Made by a program: the position numbers and the translations under genes
Assembly (NCBI GenBank): GCA_001770205.1
Contig: MEQL01000015.1
Span: 1 to 52,064, forward strand
From: Bdellovibrionales bacterium RIFOXYD12_FULL_39_22
Lineage (GTDB): Bacteria; Bdellovibrionota; Bacteriovoracia; Bacteriovoracales; Bacteriovoracaceae
Direction: 5' to 3'
Length of the DNA: 52,064 nt
Part shown: positions 28,226 to 39,029 of the stretch, piece after piece
How positions within the stretch are numbered: the stretch's first letter is position 1
Layout of the letters: each line of letters begins with the position of its first letter
Notes under the pieces: generated by a model
The model's database searches: none
What the model was told of the DNA's origin: nothing
Seen by the model: only the letters and a program-made list of their open reading frames with translations

Positions 28226-28866
28226 TTACTAATATAATTATCGCTGATGATCATAAACTTGTTCGCGAGGGATTAAAGAATCTGATTGAAAAAAATCTAC
28301 AAATGAAGGTTGTTGGTGAAGCTTCTGATGGCCATGCTGCCGTACAATTGGCCCAACAGTTAAAACCGCATCTGGTTATTATGGATATTTCCATGCCTGG
28401 ACTAGGTGGTATTGATGCCACTCGAAAAATTTTAACCACCTTACCGAAAACCAAGATTGTCGCACTTTCTATGCACGATGATGAGCAGTTCGTTTTGGAA
28501 TCTCTGAAGGCCGGTGCCTCGGGATATCTTTTGAAGGATTGCGCATTTGATGAACTATCTCAGGCAATTACAGACGTTATGACTGGAAAAACATTTCTCT
28601 GTTGTCAGGTAAATCAATATATCATTAAAAGCTATGTCGCGAGGGTTTCACAATATGAAACAGCTTTTTCAGTATTAACACCAAGAGAGCGAGAAGTATT
28701 ACAAATGATTACCGAAGGAAACGCCACCAAATCAATTGCTGTGACATTAGAAGTTAGCATTAAAACAGTGGAAACACATCGCCAACAAATTATGCAAAAA
28801 CTAAATCTACACTCTATTGCTGAACTTACAAAGTATGCTATTCGCTCCGGAATCACGGTTCCCTAA
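28222..28866 (+). CDS. NarL/FixJ-family response regulator
   Basis: IADDH, MDISMP, GASGYLLK, LTPREREVL...KTVETHR. Confidence 0.95.
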   Translation: MITNIIIADDHKLVREGLKNLIEKNLQMKVVGEASDGHAAVQLAQQLKPHLVIMDISMPGLGGIDATRKILTTLPKTKIVALSMHDDEQFVLESLKAGASGYLLKDCAFDELSQAITDVMTGKTFLCCQVNQYIIKSYVARVSQYETAFSVLTPREREVLQMITEGNATKSIAVTLEVSIKTVETHRQQIMQKLNLHSIAELTKYAIRSGITVP

Positions 28867-28884
28867 GGTTTTTCGCAGTCTAAA

Positions 28885-28928
28885 ATAGGAAATCCCTGAT
28901 TGTGTAGCTACGAACTCGAAACTACACT
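28885..28928 (+). promoter_or_regulatory. Candidate sigma70 promoter of amtB with adjacent imperfect palindrome
   Basis: TTGTGT (28900)-17 bp-TACACT (28923); ATAGGAAATCCCTGAT abuts the -35. Confidence 0.4.
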
Positions 28929-28961
28929 TATCAAAAACACTAATTTTAAATGGGGGTATTT

Positions 28962-30164
28962 ATGCTCGACACGGGCAACACCGGTTTTATGCTACTTGCG
29001 ACTAGCTTGGTCATGTTAATGACCCCCGGCCTTGCTTTTTTCTATGGCGGGCTGGTAGGCCGAAAAAATGTTTTGGCAATAATGATTCAAAGTTTTGTTT
29101 CCATGGGATGGACTTCGGTAATTTGGTACACCTGTGGCTACTCTTTATGTTTTTCTGGAAAAGGTGCGATCATTGGGAATTTGAATTTGGCCTTCCTCTC
29201 TGGCGTGAAACCAACTGATCTGATGCCTGGAAATAATATTCCTCTTTTTGTTTTTATTGCCTATCAGATGATGTTTGCCATCATTACACCGGCACTCATT
29301 ACAGGGGCTTTTGCTAATCGCGTTCGCTTTCCTGCATATCTGGCCTTTTTAACGGCATGGCTATTTTTCGTCTATTTCCCTGCGGTACACATGATCTGGG
29401 GCGGTGGGATTTTGCAAGAATGGGGAGTGCTTGATTTCGCAGGAGGAATTGTCGTCCACGCTGTTGCTGGAATGGCGGCCCTTGCATCAGTATTCTTTGT
29501 GGGCACTCGCAAATTGAAAGAGCCTCTACCGCACAGTATTCCGCTAGTGGCCCTTGGAACTGGTCTATTATGGTTTGGATGGTATGGATTTAATGCCGGC
29601 AGTGAAGTAAAAGTTGATAGCATTACGGCAATGGCCTTTATTAATACAGATACAGCAGCATCTTTTGCGGCGATAACTTGGCTAATCATTGCTTGGGTGC
29701 TTGAAAAAAAACCAAAGTTTGTAGGTTTACTCACCGGCTCCATTGCAGGACTCGCCACAATTACCCCTGCTGCTGGATACGTCTCTGTTGGGACTGCTGC
29801 ATTGATTGGAGTTATCTCGGGAATCGTCTGTTACTTTGCGGTTTCTATGAAAAATAAATTAGGATGGGACGATGCACTCGATGTTTGGGGCGTTCATGGT
29901 GTTGGTGGAATTTTGGGAGTAATTTGTCTTGGCCTATTCGCCTCTACTGAGATCAATCCGGCAGGTGCCAATGGTCTATTTAATGGCGACTCATCTTTTT
30001 TTATGAAAGAAATTGTGGCAGTAGTTGGTTTTAGTATTTATGCTTTTATCTTTAGTTACATCGCCCTGTTTTGCATTAACTGGTTTACACCAGTTCGAAC
30101 AACTGAAAAAGAAGAAATTGATGGATTGGATTCTACACTACATGGAGAAGAAGCCTATATATAA
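28962..30164 (+). CDS. amtB: Ammonium transporter
   Basis: LMTPGLAFFYGG, QMMFAIITPAL, DFAGGIVVH, WFGWYGFNAGS, DDALDVWGVHG. Confidence 0.97.
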   Translation: MLDTGNTGFMLLATSLVMLMTPGLAFFYGGLVGRKNVLAIMIQSFVSMGWTSVIWYTCGYSLCFSGKGAIIGNLNLAFLSGVKPTDLMPGNNIPLFVFIAYQMMFAIITPALITGAFANRVRFPAYLAFLTAWLFFVYFPAVHMIWGGGILQEWGVLDFAGGIVVHAVAGMAALASVFFVGTRKLKEPLPHSIPLVALGTGLLWFGWYGFNAGSEVKVDSITAMAFINTDTAASFAAITWLIIAWVLEKKPKFVGLLTGSIAGLATITPAAGYVSVGTAALIGVISGIVCYFAVSMKNKLGWDDALDVWGVHGVGGILGVICLGLFASTEINPAGANGLFNGDSSFFMKEIVAVVGFSIYAFIFSYIALFCINWFTPVRTTEKEEIDGLDSTLHGEEAYI

Positions 30165-30507
30165 TCACACACTCAGGGAATCTGATATGAGGAAGATTTT
30201 AGATATTAAAAACTATTCCCTACTAGGCCATGGCAATGAGCGATCGCATTAGATAAGCAGTATCCCAGTATGTTGCACATAATTTTTTAGGTTATGAATA
30301 TCGATTGCTCAGCAATCATCATGCTAGACGTTAGAAAAATTAAAACAGATCATGTTGCAGACTTGAATAAACTTCTGTCTAGGAGCGACTGGGTCGTGAG
30401 ACATTTTCAAATCAATTTCGATTGTTGATTGTGACCATTTTCTAGATCATACTTTAAAACCAAGTGTCCACTTAGGGGTTGATATATGTAAAAATACGTG
30501 TGGGACG

Positions 30508-31302
30508 TTACCTTCCCAAGAAAGCATTTGACATAAAATCATCGTCGGTGAGAGTGTAGCCGGCAAGTCCGTTTTCTAAAATGTCGGTATAGCGCAAATA
30601 TACACTATCATCATAATTCCCATTATAATCAATAATAATATTTTTATTGTAAAAAAAGCATTCGGGAATAAGTCGGTTGTTTGAGTCCAGAATGCCGCAA
30701 TGATAATAATATAATGTATCGAAACTCTGAAAAAATAACGTATATGATCGATCGAATAATTTACGAAATGATTTTTTACTTTGAAGCGAGATTGGAAGAA
30801 CAATATCTAGCTTGCTATTTAGGCACGAGATAAAGACTTGTGGTAATGATGTTTCAAATTTCTTATAAATATCAAAATAAAACTTTAACCTACATTTATG
30901 GCCGTAGTTCTGATAGTTATAATAACCAAAATATGAGATTTCTTTATCTTTAGATTGTATTTTTTGATAACCCTTGTTGGCGTAGCAAATAATATCATTT
31001 TTTATAAAAATATATGACTGGCGCAATGTGTTCACATCAAGGATTAATGTCTTTATATTTTTTAATTTTGCCAGATCCCTTATGTTGTTTACTGGTAAAA
31101 TATCATTTAATATTTTACAATTAAAATTGTATCTACTCACAAAAACGTCTTTAATCATATCAAGATCCTGAGCGGTGATCTTATAAATATTAAATACAAC
31201 GCTGGGGTCTCGTTCTTTTAAGAAAACAAAGTACTCGAAGCAGTAAAAAAGAGTACCGTTAATTTTTTTATGTTCTTGAAATGCGTATAAAATATTTTTC
31301 AT
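30508..31302 (-). CDS. Hypothetical protein (family of 17134-18042)
   Basis: KINGTLFYCFEY, KFYFDIYKK, DSNNRLIPECFFYNK. Confidence 0.75.
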   Translation of the reverse strand: MKNILYAFQEHKKINGTLFYCFEYFVFLKERDPSVVFNIYKITAQDLDMIKDVFVSRYNFNCKILNDILPVNNIRDLAKLKNIKTLILDVNTLRQSYIFIKNDIICYANKGYQKIQSKDKEISYFGYYNYQNYGHKCRLKFYFDIYKKFETSLPQVFISCLNSKLDIVLPISLQSKKSFRKLFDRSYTLFFQSFDTLYYYHCGILDSNNRLIPECFFYNKNIIIDYNGNYDDSVYLRYTDILENGLAGYTLTDDDFMSNAFLGR

Positions 31303-31320
31303 TTTTCTTAATAAATGTTG

Positions 31321-32112
31321 TTAATATTCTAAAAAATCACGAATAATAGGATCGTCACATGTCAAAATATAATCACCCAGTCCATTTTGTCTAATGTCAT
31401 TATATCGGAAGTTGAGGCTATCTTGAATTGATTCATTATATTTTATGAAAATATTTTTTTTATAGTAAAAACATTCAGGAATGATTCTATTGTTTAAATC
31501 AAAAACTGTTTGAAAATAATAAATGGTATCAAAGAGGGAAAAGAAATTATCATAATGGCCAGTTTTTCTTTTTCTGATTTGCCTCATATTTTTAAGCTCA
31601 TCCGGCAAATCAATTTTACATGATTCATCCTTGCAATTGATAAACAGTCCATGCTGGGGATTTTCAATTTTTCTATAAATATCAAAATAGAATTTAAGTT
31701 TTGTTTTGATATCAAAAGGCTGATATTCATAATATCCATAGTAGGTAATATTTTTATGTCTAGAGCGAACCATTTGGTGATTTGTGTTGGAGTAACATTG
31801 GATGTCGTTTTTTATAAAAGAATATGTTTTTTTGAACGTATTGACGTCAAACATGAGTGAAAGGCCATAGTTTTGCTTGTCCAATGCCCCAATGTCGTTT
31901 ATCGATATAATATCATCTAAATATTCAGTATTAAATACATACCTATCTAGGAAAACATTTTTTACAAATTTTAAATCAGCTTCAGAAATATTATAAATAG
32001 TAAAAACAGTATTCTTGTCTCTTTCTTTTAAAAAAACGTAATATTCAAAACAATAAAAAAGAATTCCGTTGACCTTATTGTGAATTTGAAAGTGATAAAG
32101 TATGTTTTTCAT
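31321..32112 (-). CDS. Hypothetical protein, tandem paralog of 30508-31302
   Basis: MKNILYHFQ...KVNGILFYCFEY...NNRIIPECFYYKK; start set by alignment with the paralog. Confidence 0.75.
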   Translation of the reverse strand: MKNILYHFQIHNKVNGILFYCFEYYVFLKERDKNTVFTIYNISEADLKFVKNVFLDRYVFNTEYLDDIISINDIGALDKQNYGLSLMFDVNTFKKTYSFIKNDIQCYSNTNHQMVRSRHKNITYYGYYEYQPFDIKTKLKFYFDIYRKIENPQHGLFINCKDESCKIDLPDELKNMRQIRKRKTGHYDNFFSLFDTIYYFQTVFDLNNRIIPECFYYKKNIFIKYNESIQDSLNFRYNDIRQNGLGDYILTCDDPIIRDFLEY

Positions 32113-32242
32113 TGTTAAAAATGTACCTTGTAGATTCGTTTTTGCTAAACGTGCAAGGAGCTTGATGGCCAATACCTCAAGCATATTTGCCTGATATTAT
32201 ATATAAGCATCAGGCATAAACTCTGGCAAGCTATTGAGAGGT

Positions 32243-32665
32243 TTATAACTTCTTGGAATATGCAAAAAAAATAATCTGCTTTAGCATGGCCGCAAGCCCG
32301 TTGCTGCGGTTTTGAGAGAGATGTTCTTTTATTCCAATTTTATCAATGAAATCAGTCTTGGTATTTAGAATTTCTGACGGAGAGCTTTCAGAATAAATTT
32401 TTATTAAGAGGGCCGCGATTCCTTTGGTGATAGCAGCATCACTATCTCCAGCAAGAATTATTTTATCTTGGGAAGGTGATATGGTAGCATGAAGCCACAC
32501 TTGGGATTGACAGCCACGAATTAGATTGTCATCTGTTTTTAGAGAGACTTCCATCGGGGGAAGGTTTTTTCCATAAGTAATGAGAAGGCGATAGCGATCT
32601 TCAATATTTTCGAGAGTGCTAAATTCGCTAATTGCATCATTAATTCGATTTTGTAGTGTTGTCAT
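32243..32665 (-). CDS. sufE: Sulfur acceptor SufE
   Basis: IRGCQSQVW, DSDAAITKG, LSQNRSNG. Confidence 0.95.
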   Translation of the reverse strand: MTTLQNRINDAISEFSTLENIEDRYRLLITYGKNLPPMEVSLKTDDNLIRGCQSQVWLHATISPSQDKIILAGDSDAAITKGIAALLIKIYSESSPSEILNTKTDFIDKIGIKEHLSQNRSNGLAAMLKQIIFFAYSKKL

Positions 32666-33873
32666 AAAAAATCCTTAACTTTTCTAATGCCATCCGCAAG
32701 ACGATCAATATCAGAATTAGTGTTATATATTGTAAATGAGGCCCGCGCTATAGAGGTTAAATTTAAACATTTCATTAGTTGCTGAGCACAGTGATTGCCA
32801 GTACGAATGGCGATGCCTTGCATGTCTAGGATGCTGCCAAGGTCATATGAGTGTACATTTTCAAGAGTAAAAGATACTACTCCAGAACGCTTGGCCGGAT
32901 TGCCAATAATTTTAAGGCCAGAAATTGGTGAGAGCTTTGTGATAGTATATTTAAGAAGATCTTCATCGTACTTCGAAATTTGTTTTTGGCCAATGGCCTT
33001 AATAAATTTTATGGCCTCAGCAAAGGCAATAACTTCGCCGATGGCCGGAGTGCCGGCCTCAAATTTGTGTGGAATTTTATTGTAGGTTGAAGATATTTCT
33101 CCAACTTGATCGATCATATTTCCTCCCCCTTGATAGGGAGGCAATTCTTCGAGAATTGTTTGCTTGGCGTAAAGAACGCCGACGCCATTGGGGCCAAACA
33201 TTTTGTGCGCTGAGAATGCGTAAAAATCGCAGTCGAGTTCTTGAACATCTATCAGAATGTGATTAATTGATTGAGCTCCATCAATGAGGATGGGAACTCC
33301 TTGAGTATGGGCAAAAGAAATAAGTTCTTTTATCGGGTTTACAGTTCCTAGTACATTGGAGACATGAGTGATTGAAACAAGTTTTGTCTTAGAGGTAAAG
33401 AGCTTACGATATTCGGATAGTATTAGATCACCATTACCATCGATGGGAATATATTTGATAGTAATTTTTTTTCTGGAAGATAGAAGTTGCCATGGGATGA
33501 TATTGGAGTGGTGCTCTAAAGTGCTGAGAATAATTTCATCTCCATCATTAATAAAGCGTTCTCCGAAAGTGGCCGCAATGAGATTTATAGAATCGGTGGT
33601 GCCTTTGGTAAAAATTATCTCTTCGCGATGAGCAGCGTTGATAAAGTTTGCTACTAAATCGCGGGTATCTTCAAAAGCGGTAGTTCCTTTGTTTGCCAAA
33701 AAATGTGCGCCACGATGGATATTAGCAGTATCGTAAGTATAGTATTGAGTAAGTGCCTCAATCACTGAGCGTGGTTTTAAAGTGGTGGCAGCACTGTCTA
33801 GATAAGTAAAATCTTTGCCGCGAATTTTTTGATTTAGTGCCGGAAAGTATTCTTTAATAGATGTCGTTGACAT
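32662..33873 (-). CDS. sufS: Cysteine desulfurase SufS
   Basis: YLDSAATT, EHHSN, FSAHKMFGP, RTGNHCAQ. Confidence 0.95.
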   Translation of the reverse strand: MSTTSIKEYFPALNQKIRGKDFTYLDSAATTLKPRSVIEALTQYYTYDTANIHRGAHFLANKGTTAFEDTRDLVANFINAAHREEIIFTKGTTDSINLIAATFGERFINDGDEIILSTLEHHSNIIPWQLLSSRKKITIKYIPIDGNGDLILSEYRKLFTSKTKLVSITHVSNVLGTVNPIKELISFAHTQGVPILIDGAQSINHILIDVQELDCDFYAFSAHKMFGPNGVGVLYAKQTILEELPPYQGGGNMIDQVGEISSTYNKIPHKFEAGTPAIGEVIAFAEAIKFIKAIGQKQISKYDEDLLKYTITKLSPISGLKIIGNPAKRSGVVSFTLENVHSYDLGSILDMQGIAIRTGNHCAQQLMKCLNLTSIARASFTIYNTNSDIDRLADGIRKVKDFL

Positions 33874-33887
33874 ATGGCAACTCCGTA

Positions 33888-34787
33888 TTATGTAAAACTG
33901 TGTTGCCCATGAAGGCAGCGGTCGGCCTCTACGAGACTATTATCCAAGGAATCTGTTCGGTAGCGGTCAAAACTTAGAGCTAGATTATTATTTAATAGTT
34001 TTCGAAGTTCGTGAGAATTAACTTTGGTAATGATCTCACGGGCAAAGGCGTGGTATATTATTTTTTTTGCATTTTCTTTGTTAATACCACGACTTTGAAG
34101 ATAGAAAAGTTCATCCTGGTTAATGTCGCCAACGGTCGCACCATGAGAACACTTAACATCATCATTTAAAATTTCAAGTACGGGGCGTGCATTTATGTGT
34201 GCGGTGGAAGAGAGGAGTAAATTTTTATTAGATTGCTGGGAAATTGACTTGGATGAACCTTTTTCAATTATTATGTTGCCTACATAATTTGCGTAGGCGT
34301 GATCATCTAAGATGCCTTTAAAGTATAGATTGCTTTCGGTATGAGGACTATTGTGTCGAATGGTTATGTTATTATCAGCTTGTTCCTCATTTTTTAGAGA
34401 GTATAGTCCATTAATGGATGCGCTAGCATTTTGGCCATTTAGATTAACTTCTATATTGTTTTTTGCATTAGTTGTTTTGTCATTGATTATAACAATATTT
34501 AAAGTTGCATTTTTGGTGAGCGTAGCGGTTATTTGAGTGGAGAGCGAGGTGGTTGCCAGCTCTAGATGGCAGTTTGCTTCCAAAGAAAGATGAATTTGTG
34601 CCATGGAGTTATTAGGAGAGTGGATATACAAAGTGGCGCGAGACTCAATTGGACAGATAATTTCAAAGGGTGGACAAAACTCAGGAAGAGAAAGAGATAT
34701 TAATTTTTCAGGAAGAAATGAGATTTTAGCTCCTGGGGGAAGATTTTGTTTTTTATCATTGATTATGAACTTATATTTTGTTTCCAT
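33888..34787 (-). CDS. sufD: Fe-S assembly protein SufD
   Basis: NKNLLLS, PVLEILNDDVKCSHGATVG, LFYLQSRGI. Confidence 0.92.
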   Translation of the reverse strand: METKYKFIINDKKQNLPPGAKISFLPEKLISLSLPEFCPPFEIICPIESRATLYIHSPNNSMAQIHLSLEANCHLELATTSLSTQITATLTKNATLNIVIINDKTTNAKNNIEVNLNGQNASASINGLYSLKNEEQADNNITIRHNSPHTESNLYFKGILDDHAYANYVGNIIIEKGSSKSISQQSNKNLLLSSTAHINARPVLEILNDDVKCSHGATVGDINQDELFYLQSRGINKENAKKIIYHAFAREIITKVNSHELRKLLNNNLALSFDRYRTDSLDNSLVEADRCLHGQHSFT

Positions 34788-34796
34788 ATGGCCGCC

Positions 34797-35564
34797 TCAT
34801 TGTTTATTTTCGTTAACAATCCAATCGTAACCACGTTTTTCTAATTCAAGGGCCAGCTCATGGCCGCCAGTTCTAATGATCTTGCCGTTGTATAAAACAT
34901 GAATAAAGTCTGGGCGGATATAGTCGAGTAGTCGTTGATAATGGGTTATTAGTACAATGGTATTGTTAGAATTTTTCAGATGATTTACTCCATTGGCAAC
35001 GATTTTCAGCGCATCAATGTCTAGCCCCGAGTCTGTTTCGTCAAGAAAGGCAACTCGAGGTTCGAGTAGGGCCATTTGTAAAATTTCATTTTTCTTTTTT
35101 TCACCACCAGAGAAACCAACATTCACTGGGCGATTTAAGAAATTTTCGTCCATATCTAGAAAATGTAACTTTTCCTTGGCATATTCAATAAAGTCTTTTT
35201 TATTTTTAGGTTTTCTCTTTTGGTACAAGGCCACGTCAGTGGCAGCTTCCCATAGAAAAGAGAGATTAGTTACACCGGGAATTTCAACAGGATATTGAAA
35301 ACCTAGAAAAATTCCTTCTCGGGCCCTTTGGTCTGGTTCGAGTGCGAGCAGATCGGATCGTGTGTTGTCTTTCGAATGGAGAAAGATCTCGCCTCCAGTA
35401 ACAATATAATCGGGATGTCCAGCAACTGTTTTTGCTAGCGTACTCTTACCAGAACCATTGGGCCCCATGATGGCATGAATTTCTCCGGCCTTCATGTTAA
35501 GATTAATTCCTTTTAATATTTTGTTTCCTTGAATTTCCACATTAAGATTTTTTATTTCCAGCAT
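34797..35564 (-). CDS. sufC: Fe-S assembly ATPase SufC
   Basis: GPNGSGKSTL, FSGGEKK, LDETDSGLDIDA; ATG 35564 follows GGAG. Confidence 0.96.
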   Translation of the reverse strand: MLEIKNLNVEIQGNKILKGINLNMKAGEIHAIMGPNGSGKSTLAKTVAGHPDYIVTGGEIFLHSKDNTRSDLLALEPDQRAREGIFLGFQYPVEIPGVTNLSFLWEAATDVALYQKRKPKNKKDFIEYAKEKLHFLDMDENFLNRPVNVGFSGGEKKKNEILQMALLEPRVAFLDETDSGLDIDALKIVANGVNHLKNSNNTIVLITHYQRLLDYIRPDFIHVLYNGKIIRTGGHELALELEKRGYDWIVNENKQ

Positions 35565-35596
35565 ATAATTCTCCAGCAAGGCGATGCGCCGATCAA

Positions 35597-37021
35597 TCAG
35601 CCAACGCTATTTTCTAATTTCATTTCAATTAACTTAACGGCCTCGATAGAAAATTCTAGAGGCAGTTCTTTAAATACTTCCTTACAAAAACCATTCACGA
35701 TAAGTGAAATTGCCTTTTCAGTAGAGATTCCACGTGATTTTAAATAAAAAAGTTGATCTTCACTTATTTTAGAAGTCGTGGCCTCGTGTTCTACAGTGGC
35801 GCTTTTGTTTTTTATATCAAGATATGGATAAGTATGAGCAGAAGATTTGTTTCCAACTAACATTGAATCACATTGAGAATAGTTGCGAGCGTTGTGCGCA
35901 GATGGCATGATTTTAACTAAACCACGATATGCGTTAGATGATTCTTCTGCAGAAATTCCCTTTGAGATAATAGTGCTTTTAGTATTTTTACCAATATGTA
36001 CCATTTTGGTGCCGGTGTCGGCCTGCATGTGATTATTAGTAATGGCCACAGAGTAAAAGGCGCCTTGGGAATTATCACCGATAAGATTGCAGCTTGGATA
36101 TTTCCAAGTTATGGCCGAACCAGCTTCAACTTGAGTCCAAGATATTTTAGAATTAATTCCCAGACAGTTCCCACGCTTTGTTACAAAATTATAGATGCCA
36201 CCACGTCCCTCGCTATCTCCTGCGTACCAATTTTGAACAGTAGAATATTTAATTTCAGCATTGTCCAAGGCGATAAGTTCAACAATAGCTGCGTGTAATT
36301 GATTTTCATCGCGCGCCGGAGCCGTGCAGCCTTCAAGATAGTTAACGAAGCTGCCGGCCTCGGCAATGATAAGCGTGCGCTCAAACTGGCCACTTCCTTT
36401 AGCATTGATTCGAAAGTAGGAGGAGAGATCAATTGGACAGTGTGTGTTTGGTGGGATGTAAACAAAGGAGCCATCGGAAAAGATGGCCGAGTTTAAGGCC
36501 GCATAGAAATTATCAGAATAGGGAACAACTTTTCCCATATATTTTTTTACTAAGTCTGGATACTTTTGAATTGCTTCAGAGATAGAACAAAATATTATTC
36601 CATGTTCTGCTAAATCTTTTTGATGAGTGGTAGCGACGGAAACACTATCAAACACGGCATCAACTGCCACAGAGGAAAGACGCTTCTGTTCTTCAATGGG
36701 TATGCCAAGTTTTTCAAAAGTGGCCAGTAGTTCTTGATCGATAAGGCCGTTATTCATACCCGGAAAAATTGTTTTTTTGGGGGTGTTGTAATAACAGATT
36801 TTATCAAAAGTAATTGGGGGAATTTTAAGTTTTGCCCAGTTTGGATGTTTTAGCGTCTTCCAGTGAGCAAATGCTCTAAGACGAAAATCCAAAACCCAGG
36901 ATGGTTCGTTTTTTTTATGAGAAAGAAGAGTGATGATTTTTTCATTTATGCCAATAGGGAAATCTTCTGATTCTAATTTTGATTCAAAACCATACTTGTA
37001 TTCATTTTGCCTGTTTTCCAT
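35597..37021 (-). CDS. sufB: Fe-S assembly protein SufB
   Basis: [44 protein letters not shown]. Confidence 0.97.
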   Translation of the reverse strand: MENRQNEYKYGFESKLESEDFPIGINEKIITLLSHKKNEPSWVLDFRLRAFAHWKTLKHPNWAKLKIPPITFDKICYYNTPKKTIFPGMNNGLIDQELLATFEKLGIPIEEQKRLSSVAVDAVFDSVSVATTHQKDLAEHGIIFCSISEAIQKYPDLVKKYMGKVVPYSDNFYAALNSAIFSDGSFVYIPPNTHCPIDLSSYFRINAKGSGQFERTLIIAEAGSFVNYLEGCTAPARDENQLHAAIVELIALDNAEIKYSTVQNWYAGDSEGRGGIYNFVTKRGNCLGINSKISWTQVEAGSAITWKYPSCNLIGDNSQGAFYSVAITNNHMQADTGTKMVHIGKNTKSTIISKGISAEESSNAYRGLVKIMPSAHNARNYSQCDSMLVGNKSSAHTYPYLDIKNKSATVEHEATTSKISEDQLFYLKSRGISTEKAISLIVNGFCKEVFKELPLEFSIEAVKLIEMKLENSVG

Positions 37022-37162
37022 AATTCACCACTTAAATAGGTTAAAAAATAGCCTATATGCCATTATAGTCTAAAACTTCAAAAAAAGCGACTATACTTCT
37101 CTATCTAGTAATAGATATAATTGATGGTAAGTTTTTTATGAATATTAATTAAAATTAATTGC

Positions 37163-37564
37163 ATGATGATTGAAGTAGGATTGAATATGGGATTGGTGAA
37201 AAAAATTACACCCTTTCAGCAAAAAGTCTATGCCATTGTTTCCAGAATTCCACGAGGACGAGTGATGACCTACCAGGGAATTGCAAAAATTATAGGTTGT
37301 AATAGTGCCCAAGCAGTAGGGCAGGCACTGAAAAAGAATCCATTTGCACCAAAAGTTCCTTGTCATAGAGTTATAAAAAGTAATTTATCCGTCGGTGGTT
37401 TTTTTGGTAAACAGAGTGGAAAATATGTCGAAAAAAAAATAGCATTGCTCAAAAAAGAAGGGGTGCTGTTCTTGGATGGCCATCTAAAGGATGTTTGTCG
37501 AGTTTTATCTGGTAAAATCAGTCAAAAAACTAATTACTTCGGCGGTAAGAAGAGTCCAAAGTAA
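37163..37564 (+). CDS. MGMT-family O6-methylguanine-DNA methyltransferase (single domain)
   Basis: IPRGRVMTY, AVGQAL, VPCHRVI active-site motif. Confidence 0.9.
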   Translation: MMIEVGLNMGLVKKITPFQQKVYAIVSRIPRGRVMTYQGIAKIIGCNSAQAVGQALKKNPFAPKVPCHRVIKSNLSVGGFFGKQSGKYVEKKIALLKKEGVLFLDGHLKDVCRVLSGKISQKTNYFGGKKSPK

Positions 37565-37772
37565 AAATAACAACCAAGGTAAGTAGTTTTCTTTTTTCAT
37601 GGCATGTATCCAGGTCACGGACAATGTAAGGTTGCCCCAGAGACCTCAAGCAAAAAATAGGCCAGCTAAAATCCAAAAATAAAATGTCTCTTTGCGAGGT
37701 TATGAGCTTAGGTTATTGGATAGTGAAAGGAAAAAGCATCTAATTGACACCAAAAAAGGCCAAATGGCACCA

Positions 37773-39014
37773 CTAAATATTTTCTTCAAAATAATCAAGA
37801 TCCTTACTAAATGTTTCTTCTAGGCCGGCAAGAGATAAGAATGCCGCGATAAGGCAGACGGCGCCAACGGTTAATGCGCTGGCCTCCATCGACATATAGT
37901 TTTTTAAAAACTGAAACGCGATAGTGATCGGGACGACCATACCACGGACAAAATTGGGAACAGTTGTTGCGACTGTGGCACGAAGATTCGTTCCAAATTG
38001 TTCGGCGGCAACCGTAACAAAAATGGCCCAATAACCCCCGGCCACACCGAGAGTAAAGCATACGCCATAGAAAAATGTAGTGCTTTGGGCGCCTTGTAAA
38101 AAATAGAAAGTGATACCGGCCACAGTGAGAATCATAAAAATTAAGACGGCCTTTTTGCGGCTTTTTAAAATTTGACTAAGAAGGCCACTAGAAAAATCAC
38201 CAAAGATTAAGCCTAAGTAACATAACATAACCGCATTACCGGCAGAAATTGGGCCAGTAATTCCAAATTCCTTAGCAAATTCGGGAGAGAAGGTGATGAG
38301 AATTGCGACGACGTACCAAATAGGGACGCCGATCAAGACTGAGTTTAAGTATCGTAAAAATCTTTTTCCATTAGTGAAGAGCGCCAGAAAATTGCCTTTG
38401 CTTACAGAAGAATTTACTTCCATGGTTTGAAACATTCCGGATTCTGCAACACTAATTCGGGTAATCAATAGCAGCATTCCGAGTCCTCCCCCGATATAGA
38501 AGGCAGTTCGCCAATCAAAAGAAGTGGCCACCCAGTTTGCCAAGATGGCGCCAGAGACGCCGATGGAGGCAACCATCATAGTGCCGTATCCCCGGATATG
38601 TTTTGGTAGTACTTCTGCCACTAAAGTTATTCCAGCACCCAATTCTCCTGCCAAGCCGATTCCGGCGATAAAACGAAGTACTGCATATACCGGAAGTGAA
38701 TTAGCAAAACCATTAGCAAAATTGGCCACAGAGTAGATAAAGATGGAGGCAAACATGATTTTAAGACGCCCTTTTCGATCACCCAGTATCCCCCAGAGAA
38801 TTCCCCCAAGCAGCATTCCGATCATTTGCATATTGAGAAGAAAAACACCCTTATCTACAAGGTCTTGTCCATCAAGACCGATTGCCTTAAGACTTGGTAC
38901 GCGCACAATGCTAAAAAGCACAAGATCATAAATATCTACGAAATATCCTAGTGCGGCCACGATAACAGGCAGACTAAAAATCAAACGAATATTAGATTTT
39001 TCAGATGGGGCCAT
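37773..39014 (-). CDS. MFS transporter
   Basis: About 12 hydrophobic segments, GILGDRKGR motif A. Confidence 0.92.
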   Translation of the reverse strand: MAPSEKSNIRLIFSLPVIVAALGYFVDIYDLVLFSIVRVPSLKAIGLDGQDLVDKGVFLLNMQMIGMLLGGILWGILGDRKGRLKIMFASIFIYSVANFANGFANSLPVYAVLRFIAGIGLAGELGAGITLVAEVLPKHIRGYGTMMVASIGVSGAILANWVATSFDWRTAFYIGGGLGMLLLITRISVAESGMFQTMEVNSSVSKGNFLALFTNGKRFLRYLNSVLIGVPIWYVVAILITFSPEFAKEFGITGPISAGNAVMLCYLGLIFGDFSSGLLSQILKSRKKAVLIFMILTVAGITFYFLQGAQSTTFFYGVCFTLGVAGGYWAIFVTVAAEQFGTNLRATVATTVPNFVRGMVVPITIAFQFLKNYMSMEASALTVGAVCLIAAFLSLAGLEETFSKDLDYFEENI

Positions 39015-39029
39015 ATTGAATTTCTCCGA

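Noticed and set aside
30165..30507. Intergenic pseudogene or ncRNA after amtB
   Set aside because: Only short broken frames; nothing recognisable
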